Assembly: GCA_051294375.1 (NCBI GenBank) | Contig: CM119266.1 | Location: 4,320,530-4,384,529 of the forward strand | Length of the DNA: 64,000 nt | Source of the DNA: Paraspadella gotoi | Taxonomy: Eukaryota > Animalia > Chaetognatha | Reading direction: 5' to 3' | Shown here: positions 1 to 12,200 of the stretch, in pieces | How positions within the stretch are numbered: position 1 is the stretch's first letter | How the letters are laid out: each line of letters begins with the position of its first letter | Notes under the pieces: generated by a model | What the model saw: only the letters and a program-made list of their open reading frames with translations | The model's database searches: none | Told to the model about the DNA's origin: nothing | Translations under genes and position numbers: made by a program

Positions 1-47
1 ATATTAGATTTATTTGTTATTTTGTTAAAGAGTTTAATATTAATATA

Positions 48-3000
48 TTAGAGATAAAGTTCATCATCTAATAATTGGCTGCTTGCTCTGATGGCTGGAT
101 CTTGGTGAGAAGTTAAGAAAACCCTGTAAAGTAAGTTAAGAAGACCTCTTTTAGAGAGTTAATAAGTTAAGAAGACTTTTTTTCATTCCTCTGCCTTTTC
201 TTTCACAGGCCCAAACCTGTTTTTTTTTTAGCCCCATGTTGCCGACCATGACCCTCACCACTACTTTGAAAAGTTCGTTGCTTAGCCTAGCTGGGCCATC
301 ACCTCACCATCTCAGGCCCTACTTTGTCTGGCTCTGCTAAGTCTGAATTTTTCAATCATTGTTCAATAACTTACCATTCAATATGATATGTTTATACAGT
401 AGGGTGGAGTGATGAAAAGATTGAGTGATTGAACATTATTTTTTTGCTGCCTATGGACATATAATTAATGAATTTTAAATCCTTTTAAAATTTTTTTTAG
501 CATAACAGTATAGCAAATTCAATTATTTATGTAGTAATATCCTTATAAAATCGTCAAATTTCAAAATAAATTTTTTTTATTTTTAAGAACTGATTTGGAT
601 TCGCTGTAAAAAATTAAGAAACTTTTATAAAATATGTTATAAGATATTTTAATGTTTAGATCACAAAAAATGACTAAAACGTTTTAACATATATAAGTTT
701 CTACTACAGATAATAAAAAAGTCAGGAATTTTCACCTTTTTTCTTATTTTAAACATTGAAGATGACAGAATTTTTGATAACATGTTTTATATTTTTGATT
801 CAACTTTTTATGAAGAATCTGAATCTTTATTAAAAGTTTTATAAAAATTATTTTTAAAATTTATTATTTTATAAGGATATTACTACAAATATATTATATT
901 TTACTATTCTGTTCCCGACATAATATGAACAAAATATTTTTTGTACTAGTCAATCATACTATCTCACATCTAAATATCATTGTTCGATCATTCAAATAAA
1001 TTTTTTGTTCTTGAGTGCTCCACTCTATTATACAGTACATTCTAATGAATGAGTTAATTCAGACACATTAATTATATATTCAATAACTAGTCAATAAAAC
1101 AATTGCGTTTTATTTCTCTTTTTTTTAGTTAATAATTATTTGATAATTTATGCATTCAGGAACTGATGACAGATTGCAGACCGGTAACGGCAGGATGTAC
1201 GCCGATCCAGCGATGGCGTTCGAAGGAGGTTGGATCAACAAGGTTTTGCTCAAACATTGGAAGGTTTCATTCGCCAATGGATTGTTTACTGAGGTAAAAT
1301 TAATAATTATGTCATGTCAAAAAAGTTAAAGGATTCTGTATGATAAAGTCATGCAGGGGAAAAAAACGCTAGCCTTGCAAGACTCATAACTGCAAATCTT
1401 ACAGCAGTCCACCCCTACTGCTGATTAGGGTGGAGTGATGAAAAGATTGAGCGATTGAACATTATTTATTTGCTGCCTAAGAATATATAATAAACAAATT
1501 TTAAATCTTTTTAAAATTTTTGTTAGTATAACAGTATAATAAATTCAATTATTTATGTTGTAATATCCTTATAAAATCGTTAAATTTTAAAATAATTCTT
1601 TTTATTTTAAAGAACAGATTTTGATTTGCGTAAAAAACTAAAAAAACTACAGAATAAAAAAATCATAAATTTTTACCTTTATCCCATTTTAAATACCCAA
1701 GATGACAGAATTTTTGATAATATCTGGCATCTTGATTCCTCTGCGATGATATATTTTAAATTTTTGATTCAACTTTTTATGAATAATCTGAATCTTTATT
1801 AAAAGTTTTAAAAGAATTATTATATTAAAAAAATATTATTACAAATATATTATATTCTACTATTCTGTTCCCGAGACTATATAAACAAAATATTTTTTGT
1901 ACTAATTAATCATACTATCTCACATCTAAAAATCCTTGTTCAATCATTCAAATAATTTTTTTATTCTTGAGTGCTCCACTCTACTGTTGATGAACTGTTA
2001 ATGAAAATTCGATTCGAGGAGGAGAGAGAATGCTTAATCTTAGGCCACTGGATCTTAATTTTATGTCACTGGAGTTGCTGAGAAAATTTGACGGGTGATA
2101 TTTTGATATGTTGCATGACTTCAATGAGTTTTTGTTCCCTCAGGTTCGGTTTACAATGTGGAAAGCTGATAAACCTGTTGTTGACATATTGTTCGATGGT
2201 AAAGGCAGCAACACGAACTTCTGGTTTTACCCCAAGAACATCATTAAAGTCCTCCAAGGCCCCAGCATTGATGTGGATGGAGAGTACAACCAATTCAGTG
2301 TCATAGCTGCACATGCAGCTGGAAGGCATTTCTATGTCAACCGAAATTATGGCGGATGTATAAAAGATTATGGATATTTCTTTATATCAGACAAGTGAGT
2401 TTGATAAAAAAATGCGTCCTCCCAAGTTTTTTCTTTTCCATTTTCAGCAAAGATAATATTTTTGGATACTTATTTTTTCAGAGCAAATGATCCATGCCAG
2501 GGGCATTTTAATGACGGGAAAAAATGGGATAATTTCCCGGTTTTCTTTTACTCATTGGATAAAGAAGGGACTCTATGGACGAAAGCCTTGGGAATGGCGG
2601 ACACAGTGACAATCACTGTTTTTTAAAAAAAAAAGAACAACGCCTTCAATATGACTAAAAAGTCTTTCATGATATCATTCCAAAATGATACATAGTTACA
2701 GAAAAATACATGTTCTAGCCTAATTTGTAGTTCATTCAAATAGCGATGTCGCCGGCGATTCACGCACGAGTAGCAGGTGTGGTTCTAGTTGGTTGGCGAC
2801 TTTGCCATGGCGATATCGCCAAAGCCCTGGCGATATCGCCATGGCGAAGTCGCCAACCAACTAGAACCTAAGATTTGTACTTTTAACAAGTTTGAGCAAA
2901 TAATGTCGGATCTGCCTACAATAATTACGTGGTAATCAGCTAATCAGATGATAAATCACAATAATTCTTTCAATTTGTGATCCTAACTGATCATAACAGA

Positions 3001-6000
3001 TCATAACATGTAAATCGCCTGAAAGGGATTAAACTGAACTGTTAGTATGGTAGAAATAATTATTATTAAAGTACAAATAATTTCTTTAACTATTATTATT
3101 TTTTCAACTTGCATCATTTTTTAAACTTGCCTCATTTTTTAAACTCGCATCATTTTTTCATCTGGCATCCCTTTTTTAACTCGCTCCATTTTTTCAACTT
3201 GCATTATTTTTTGAACTTGCATCATTTTTTCAACTCAAATCAGCAGATTCCAACTCTATAAATCACTTTGTTGGTCCGTCGGTCTCACCCCTAAATCTTG
3301 TCGGTAAATCATTTTTATCACATCAGAACATCATATTATGCTAAATTAAGCCAAAAAAAACGATGTCTGTCTGACTGTCTGTGCATAACATAAGTCACAA
3401 TAACTTAAATCTTTTTACTAATTTTAACCCATAATTACTCGAATTAATCATAATTGGATGGATAGATTGAGATTAAATTTTGTGTGCGGGTAGTAAAGTG
3501 TGTGATGAAGCTGGATATAAAGTTTAGATGGAATCGTGCGAGTAAAAATGAGTTTAAATGGAAAAAACAAAAGTCACTTTTATTTGAATCTTTTTAATAA
3601 TTTTAATTAAACATTCATGAGTAAGCAGAAATAATAAAATGGAGCAAGATAAAAAAAATGATGCGAGTTAAAAAAAGATGCAAGTTGAAAAAAATTATGC
3701 AAGTTGAAAAAAATGATGCAATTTGAAACAAGTTTGAGCAAACAATGTCAGATCTGACTACTATAATTAAGCGGTAATAAGCTAATCCGATGATAAATCA
3801 TGGTAATTTTTCTGACTCTCAATTTGTGATTATGACGCGATGTACAGTCTCGTAGAATAAACTGCAGTTAAAAAAAATTTTTCATTATTGATTTTTTTAT
3901 TTTTTATTGTTTCTCATCCTAGGTCATTACTCCGTGAATGTTATGTATAAAAATTAATACAAAATTTCTTAAAGCTCTCAATAAATACATAAATGCCGTC
4001 AGAATTCAAACTAAAAAGAAGATTGGTTTACTCTGTACTGTATAAACAATATATCTCTTAAAAAACAATCTCCTCTGTTAAAGCTGTCGTTTGATATAAA
4101 AAACTTCAAACATTTGTCTGTTCATCTGTCTGTCTGTCCGTCCTTTCTCCTATACCTTTAAAGTCTTATTACTTATGTTTGGATAAATCAATTGAGTTGA
4201 AATTTTGTCCGTGATTAATAAACTAGTTCATTGAGCTGGAATTCCAGTTTCAATGGAATCAAGCTAGTGGAAGTAGGTTTAAATAAAAAAGTAAAGTTAA
4301 ATTTTAGTTTATTAAATTAATTTGTATTTAACATTATTTTTAGATGCGCCGAGATTAAGAGCCACGCAAGTGTATCAAAAACTGGTCAGTGTGTCTGTCA
4401 GATTGTCTATCCAACCTATGTACATAAAAACATACACCATAATTTGGCTTGGAAATTGCGATAAAAAGTTTTTATTTTTGTTATATTCTGTCAATTTTGA
4501 TTAGACCTAAAGCTAATCTTCAATTTTTATTTACTACAAAATTGAATATATGAAGTCGTTTGAAAATAAACGACACAATTTATGTAATTTATTGTAGTAA
4601 CAAGAACCATAACATCAACTGCAAGCTTGTAAAATTTGCAGAGCTTTAACATATCTCACCCTTAACTCTGATGATTTTGAGGCAAAGTCACTGTCTCTCT
4701 TTCTCTCTCTCTTTCTTTCAGATAAAATTATTGATTGGCTGATTGATTAGTTGATTAAAAGATCATCAATGATCGATTATCATTGCATACATTGTCACAA
4801 TAATAAATGGTTATCATTGCATCAATAAATCCTTTATATTTTTATATCTCTGAGATAAAATGATTGATTGACTGAATTCAATCACGTTGATTGACAGATT
4901 CTTTTATTGATTTATTAAAAAATCTGTTATGATTACGTAATAGGGCCATGATAAAAAGTTTTAATAAACTTAAACCAGTAATTTCATTATTTCCACCCCC
5001 TAAATCTTGTCGGGCATTCACTCAGATCATGTCAGATCCGACATTGTTTGCTCAAACTTGTTACTTTTAAATTAATATTTAACATTGAAAAAATCTTAAT
5101 GGGTTTTCAAATGACAGTGTTTTTTTACAGGCACTTGTAAAATTGTCACCATGTACAATAGATTTCATTACCGTTGGTCACTTTGTTGTACATACAATTG
5201 CTGACTCTCTTTCTGTCTCTCTCTCTTTCTTCCTAAACTAGTGCCACGCTTTCACTTTTCAATCACCTGGTTACAAAAAAAAATAATTGTGATAGCCTCG
5301 AACGAGCAACCTTAGCATCTTAACAATCAGAATTCTCTCTCTCACTTTTGCTTTGGCTCTCTCGCTCTCACTCTTTGCTTCACTCTCTCTCTCAGTCGCT
5401 TTCTCTTTGTTTCTGCATCAATTTCAGAACTTTTGCTCACTTAAAAAACATTACAGTATTATTATTAAAAGTAATGGTTTATCAAAATTAATAGCAAATG
5501 ATCACAATAACATAAGATAACAAAAAATTGTCCTCCATATCCTTTTTGAATACTTATGGAAAACATAAAATAAAAAAAAATAAAGAAAAAATGAAAAATT
5601 TACCAAAAAAATTTTCAGACCATGCTCACTGAGAATTATAATTTTGCCTAAAAAATAAATAAGTCAAAAAAATAAAAACATCAGATTGTGACAAAATCAA
5701 TTGGGAAAAATCTGATTTTTTTCAAAATGCAAAATTATTTCACAAGTTCCTTATTTATAATTCTCAATGAGACAAATGTTTTTTCAAAAATGTTTTATTC
5801 AACTTTTAAATTAATTAAAAATCATTTTAGTATACTAAATTTTAAAATATTTTTATAAAAATATATACCTAAAGTTCTAAGAAGATGAATTTCCCAAAAA
5901 TGTTACTTAAATCTTTCTTAAAACACCAAACAAGTCACAGCTACAAAATGAATACAAAAAACTAGAAAAAAGCAATATTGTTTTGTCATTCTGATTTAGA

Positions 6001-8071
6001 GATATTTGGTTGATTGTTATGCCTTAAATTTCCTTTAAATTAAAAAATAATAGGTTTAAAAGATAGCTTTTTATCTCTAGTAGTAAATTGAGTTTGAATA
6101 TAACTTTTTTTTATCAGCAAGTTTAACCCAGATCAATTACAATGACGATGGTATTAAATTTTTTTACCGTTTTAAGCTACTTTTAGCCTGATTTTTTACA
6201 TATTTTGATTATCTTTGCGACCTTACTGATAAAAAACAGTCATGGTAAAGAGAGCCTATGTTCGTTTAAATATAAGGCATATGTTAGTAATCAGACAGAG
6301 TAAAGATTTTGGTCACAATATAAAGAATTTTGCATGAGAATAGCGTGAATAAATTTTTCCACGAGACTGTGCAGTGTGCACCGCGACTTATAACAAATCA
6401 TAACAAACTTCTTAATAAATCTTTGAAAAATTCTATAAATCAAAAACTTATATCTGGCTTAATCTCATAGTTTACTACCCACACACAAAATTTTATTTTC
6501 ATTTATTTATCAAATTTTTAATTAATATAATTATTATGAGTAAAAATATAAGTAAAAATGCTTCAGGTAAATATGACTTTTGTTTTTTCCATTGAAACTC
6601 ATTTCCACTCGCACGATCATTAGCGATAATTAATTAATTTGATCCGAAATGTTTGTTTTTAGGTCTTTTCATCACTTACCATGACAAAAGCAACGACGAC
6701 GATGATGGCGACGGCAACAATAACGCTGATATCGATTGACTAAATTGATTGATTAAATAATTAATTAATTGATTTATTGATTAATTAATTAACTACTTGA
6801 TTAATTAACTGATTAATTATTTGATTAATGAATACATCTTGCATTTACTTTTAATATAAAAATAAAAAGAAGCATAATCAATTAGTGAAACAGGTTTTTT
6901 GTTTTTTCCATTTAAACTCATTTCCACTCAGACGATTCCATGGAAACTTTATTTCCAGCTTAATCACACACTTTCCTACCCACATACAAAATTCAAGGTC
7001 AATCGCCCTATCCACTCATGAGCAATTGGTGTTCAAATAGTGAAATATATTTTTTTGTTTTTCCAGTTAAACTCTTTTCCACTCATACGATTCAATCGAA
7101 ACTTCATATCCAGTTCAATCACACACTTCCCTACCCACACACAAAATTTGAAGTCAGTCGTCCCATCCACTCTTGAGTAATTGGCGTTCAAATAGTGAAA
7201 TATATTTTTTTGTTTTTTCCAGTTAAACTCTTTTCCACTCGTACGATTCAATCGAAACTTCATATCCAGTTCAATCACACACTTCCCTACCCACACACAA
7301 AATTTCATTCCAATCCATCCATCCAATCACGAGTAATTGGAGTTTTTTGCTAAGGTAGGACGGATGGACAGACAGACAGACAGACAGACGGACGGACGGA
7401 CATTGTTTTTTTGCATATTATATCATAATTCGATATTCTGACATGATATATGTGAATGCCCGACAAGATTGAGGGGGCGGACCGACGGTCCGACAAAGTG
7501 AATTATAGAGTCGGGATCTGCTTATAAGCAGATCCGACTAAAAATACCAAGGACATTTTCGATGTTGACCTCTTACCTAGACGGCGAATCCCCGTCGTAT
7601 TTCATTCTCGATCTTTTACGTTTATCTTCCCAATCTTCAGCGTCGATGACCGACGAGCCGATTGCGATGTGATCGTGTGAGCGCCTTTTGTCTCGATCTT
7701 AAGTGATAGAATAAATAGAGCAAGTTTCAGTGGTTAAGATCTGAGGGTAGCGCCGCTTAATCGACTCGTTCTTCTTGTGAGACTCAGCATGGCACGAACC
7801 CGAAACCTTTGTGCTGGAAGGGGCTGGTGACCGCTTTCGCGGACATGGCCCTCTCACTTTCCATCTTATATTTTTGAGCAGTCATCATCGGCGGTAAAGA
7901 AAAATCACCTCTTGCAACTGGAAATTGAGAACTTGACACGTAGACTTCCGGCGTTGACATCGTCCGCCTGGGAACGCCCCTTTTCAACGCCGTCTCGGTG
8001 GGGGAGTGTATCGGCGAACCCGCTCGACATCGCGAAACAGAAAATTCCTCATCTTCTTCTATCGCGTCCAT
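48..8071 (-). CDS. Uncharacterised ~150-aa protein, 3 predicted exons (8071-7809, ~7698-7577, 123-48)
   Basis: ATG at 8071 gives MDAIEEDEEF...SPFQHK. A phase-1 junction leads to DRDKRRSHDHIAIGSSVIDAEDWEDKRKRSRMKYDGDSPS, which ends at donor GTAAGA. The phase-2 acceptor TTACTTTACAG at 124 gives RVFLTSHQDPAIRASSQLLDDELYL-stop. No recognised family, and the last exon is the least certain. Confidence 0.55.
400..1027 (+). mobile_element. Non-autonomous hAT-type MITE, copy 1 (~630 bp)
   Basis: Ends TAGGGTGGAG...CTCCACTCTA form an imperfect 10-bp TIR. Perfect 8-bp TSD TTATACAG at 392-399 and 1028-1035. Homologous to the copies at 1426 and 42595. Confidence 0.9.
1160..2625 (+). CDS. 3' part of a gene for an uncharacterised invertebrate domain (exons 1160-1293, 2144-2394, 2482-2625); 5' end not found
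   Basis: Canonical splice sites join one frame: ...GWINKVLLKHW...EVRFTMWK...ILFDGKGSNTNFWFY...FSV...RHFYVNRNYGGCIKDYGYFFISD...PC...FPVFFYS...W...GMADTVTITVF-stop. Confidence 0.75.
1426..1983 (+). mobile_element. Non-autonomous hAT-type MITE, copy 2 (internally deleted), in an intron of the 1160-2625 gene
   Basis: Same termini as copy 1. TSD CTGCTGAT/CTGTTGAT matches at 7 of 8 bases. Confidence 0.88.
2781..2868. repeat. Near-perfect GC-rich palindrome (~41-bp arms), probably a collapsed MITE
   Basis: GGTTCTAGTTGGTTGGCGACTTTGCCATGGCGATATCGCCA ... TGGCGATATCGCCATGGCGAAGTCGCCAACCAACTAGAACC, with one mismatch. Confidence 0.8.
2886..5061. mobile_element. Cluster of fragmented Helentron/DINE-1-like (HINE) elements with ~19-20-bp TTTTTTCAACTTGCATCAT tandem arrays
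   Basis: The terminus AACAAGTTTGAGCAAA..ATGTCGGATCTG recurs at 2886 and 3727, and reversed at ~5030-5061. GTCT/GTCC microsatellites at ~3365 and ~4125. Core similar to 6900-7330. Confidence 0.65.
6580..7545 (-). mobile_element. HINE/DINE-1-like non-autonomous Helentron with ~3 central tandem units of ~156 bp
   Basis: On the minus strand it starts TTTTTAGTCGGATCTGCTTATAAGCAGATCCCGAC (subterminal IR plus stem-loop). A (GTCY)n microsatellite at 7358-7402 and tandem repeats at ~6900-7330 follow. A closely similar copy is at 43991-44598. Confidence 0.75.
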
Positions 8072-9257
8072 GATTGTGACGATTTGGATTTAAAAATAAA
8101 TTATAATAATTTGGATTTGATATTAGTAGAGCGGATTTAAAGTTAATAAAAGTAAGAGGCTATTGAAACGGGGAAGAAAAAGCGCGAGCGGTTTTCTGAA
8201 ACAATTACAACAATGTTTATGATAGATAAATATAAGAATTAAGTCTACACGAAGGGAAAATTTGTTTTTCCCTCGCTAGATCATGAATCGTAATGTCAAT
8301 GGTTGTATTCATTGTTTGTAAAATTAAATTAACCCTGCTGTACCAATATTATTCTATTTCTAATTGCTTGGTTAAACTCATCGCTCAAAGCTCGTTTTTA
8401 TTTTTCAAATTGCAGTATAAGGGATGAAATGGCAAGCTACCAATCAAGCAATCAAAGTAATTTTCTGACTAACTTTCTATGTGAGGCGACTTACCACCGG
8501 TCTCTCTCTCTAAACCCTTCCTCTCTCCTCTTTCTCCGAGCCGGTCTATTCCACTCGGTCACTTTGCCCTAGCTTTGGCAATGACCTTAGATTGACCGGA
8601 CACAGTAATAGAGCCGAGGCGACCGCCTCATATGTTTATATTTTATATTCTCTTTTTATATGTATTTCTCTTCCTTCCTCGACTTCATATCTCGTAATGA
8701 AAAGTAACTAAATGATTTAATCACTGCATTACTAGCAATAATTGTAACAAACAATGTATTAAAACAATTCTGTAAATTCGAAATAAAGCAAAAGTATAAA
8801 AAGAGCAATTGTATGTTGTCTTTCCGCGCACCATAAATCAGCTGAATGAGAAAAAAAGAAAAACGGACGAGCGCTGACAGAAGGAAGACAAAAGAGAAGT
8901 TCGCCAGTGCTGGATAGAATTAACTGTGGGGCGGAATTTTAAATAAAATGTAATCATAACACTTATAAATTAACTTATTAATACTACTCTAAACAACCAA
9001 GCCACCTTAACTCAATGCCCCGTCGCGGCGGAGCAGTAGTTGTCCCGTCGCCATGACGACCGCATGAAAAAAGGAGCCAAGCACGAAAAGGCTTTTTTTG
9101 TGCTCCTTATTCGCTAATCGCGTCCATCGCGCGGAATCGAATCATCCATGAGATGTCAACCGAAACCAAACACTTTTATCAGTTTCCGACATCTTAACCA
9201 CGAGAGATAAAACCTCGGACCCAAAACTCGGAACGAGCAACGGTTTTTTTAAAAAAA

Positions 9258-12200
9258 ATGACTTCGTCCAACGACCACACTCGCCGCAGCCTTTCGTCCA
9301 GATTTCGCGGTCGCGGTGGAGGAGGAACCGTCGCCCGCGTCCCTCGTCTCCCGGAATTTCCCGCGGGCGACGCTCCGCCCGTCGCCGACTTTCCTCTCCC
9401 GTCCTCGGCGTCAGGCCTCAGGCTGAAACGGAGAGACACGGCCGAGGATCCGTTGGCGCGTCTGTTCAACGAACGAGCCACGCCCAATTTCGAATCGCAG
9501 TTCGATGAAGATGGAATTTTGTACGACGGTTCGCACATTTGCGATGAAGTTGGGGAGGAGATGAGATCACCCACAGTGGTGAGGGAACGGCCTCTTTCTT
9601 AAATTGTCATACATAATATACGTAATTATGTATATGTTAAATAATTAATAACAATGTTTACCATGATGGAAAAAAAAAGTGTCGCGGTTACTCTCCAGTT
9701 ATTTTTTGGCATTTTAATGTAAGAATCGAAAAATAAAATTAAAATATTAAGAAACTTTGGCCTTTTGTGATTCATTTAAGCTGTGTCTCATTTATGTATG
9801 ACAAAAAATACAGAATTTCTATGTAAAAGAAAATGCGTTGTCCAAAAAAATGCTTCCTTAATTTTTATCTTTTTTATATCTACACTTTTTATTTATACTC
9901 ATTTCCGGTTCTTTTTTATTATTTTTTGAGTTTATCCAATACTATTAAAAATCCCTGCCTTTTCTTAGTCTCAAGTCAAAAGGTTATTGCATTATCTCTA
10001 TTAGGATAGATTCAGGAATGAATCTTAATTCATAAGTCAAAAAAAGAGCAATATTAAAAATACATTGATGCTGTAAATATTACAGAATATTATTTTTAAA
10101 TTGTATCAAAAGTTATAAGGTTCCGAGTAACCTTTCTGTAAGCAAAATTATAATTTTTATTTACTTTTGGATGTATTTTCAGAATCAATTATCAAACAAC
10201 TCCAAATATTAAAAAAATAAATATTTTATTGAAGTGAAAGACAAAGACAAAGCTTGGTTTACTTTATAGAAGATTAATCTTTTTCACTGCTTGCTAAGGA
10301 CCATTTTTTACCCCAAATCTGATAAAAAATATCATGTCAGAGATATAATTTTAACAATAATATGAGTAGTTCTCTTAATCAAAAAGAAGTAAAAACAGTT
10401 AGAGTCAACCTCTTTTGTAAGTATTTGAATGTATTGAATAATTTAATGCTTTTGAGAAATAATTATTTTATTCAGTCTTAGGGAAGTCATATTATCTATC
10501 AAAACTTATTTATTAGCCAAAAAATATATTTGACAATAAAATTAACTGGCTTTTCCAAACCGCGACACTTTTTTTTTCCATCATGGTATACAATATTATT
10601 TTATATAGATACGGAGGTAAACTGCTACTATTAATACATAGTAGTGAATCGAAGAGGTTGCAGCAGTTATTCGTTATGATTTGGAAATAACAAATAAAGA
10701 CATATCACATAAAATCATGATCTAAAATTATAAAATATAAAAATAAATAATACTTGTTTTCTCAATTTAGTACGACGAAGAGCTAGACGATGGTTGGGAA
10801 TCTCAGTCCTTAACGGGAAGCCAAGGTAATCTATTTGTTTTTTGCGAAATTTAAAATTATGTATAAAATTACTTTGTTTATATCCACATTCGTTAAGGTA
10901 AATTCTTTTCATAATTTTGCGAAATATCCTTTTCACAGGTGTTCGTTACATCACGGAAGAGTTAATAAAGAAAATCGCCAAAGAAGAGGATCTGACGCAA
11001 ATAACACATTTAACGCTGACGCTGGTTCCTAGAGAAGGAGGCAAGAAAATCCGATTCATCGAAAATCTGGGGAAACTTCGTCGGCTGACCATTTTGGATT
11101 TGAGGTACAATTGTAAAAGAATAATAAACAAGATTGAATAAATGATTAGAAAACTAGGGCCGAAAGTAATTGTAACCTTGTGTTGTAGAGATGCTTCCTC
11201 CATTTCCAGAAGGCAACACTAATATCTCTCTCCCCATTACATTATTGAATATCAAATAAATACTAATTAAATCTATTACTTATGTGAAATATATCCAACT
11301 TTTATGTTCGTTTTAAAATTTTGTCTAATTTAGTTTAATGACAAATACAGTATAGTAAAACAAGTACATAATCTTACAGTTTTTCATATCTAATTGAGAT
11401 AACAACCATTACTGTTTCCAGCTACAATATTATCGAAAGGATACAAAATATCGGCCACTTGATTCAACTTAAAGAACTTTACCTTGTCGGAAATCGTATT
11501 TCCTCTTTGAACGGACTGGAGACGCTTCTGCGGTTACAAGTGTTGGACCTGACGGATAATTGCGTGGAATCGATTCCGCCCTGGATCAAAAAGCTTCGAT
11601 GCCTTCGCACGTTGAGGTAGCGTTAATTGATAATCGTTATTCTTCAGTAATTTTTAGACTTAGCCAACATGAAATAGGTACAAACCAATATTATAACTAT
11701 TTATCCAGATAATAAACAATCTATTTTGCCTTAGACTTTGGATGGGCAATGAGGGCCCTCTAGTATTCTTTAAACAAGATATTAAGAAATAACAAAACTA
11801 AAACCTGAAAACATTTTATAAAGACTTTCGCGGACTACATAGTGGCAATGGTATAATATTTTTAAATGTAAATAAATTTGTATGTTTTGAAAATTGGAAG
11901 ATTAGAAGTATTATTGATGTCATTGTCAATTATGACGACAGACTCGCAGACAACGAAATTGCGTCGATCTCGGATGTGATGCGTCTCAAGCCGCTCATGG
12001 ATCTGGTGACTCTGACGTTGAACGGAAATCCGATATACGACATTCCTCATTCTCAATCCTTCATCATTAATATTTTGCCGTCGCTCGATGATTTAGACGA
12101 GGAAGTCATTGATCCGCAAATGAGAGAAAATGCACAAAAAAGGTAAATGTAAATATGTAAATATTGACCTTAAACTATGAGACGTGAAAGTAGACAAAAA

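Noticed and set aside
78-130. Plus-strand exon (CSDGWILV, GTAAGT donor) as the 5' part of the nested gene
   Set aside because: In-frame stops lie immediately upstream with no acceptor. The minus-strand exon reading is cleaner.
3100-3240. Regular short repeats resembling a CRISPR array (also 56045-56285)
   Set aside because: Eukaryotic context, no unique spacers and no cas genes. These are minisatellites.
7033-7326. 97-aa ORF with an internal repeat
   Set aside because: Translation of HINE tandem units.
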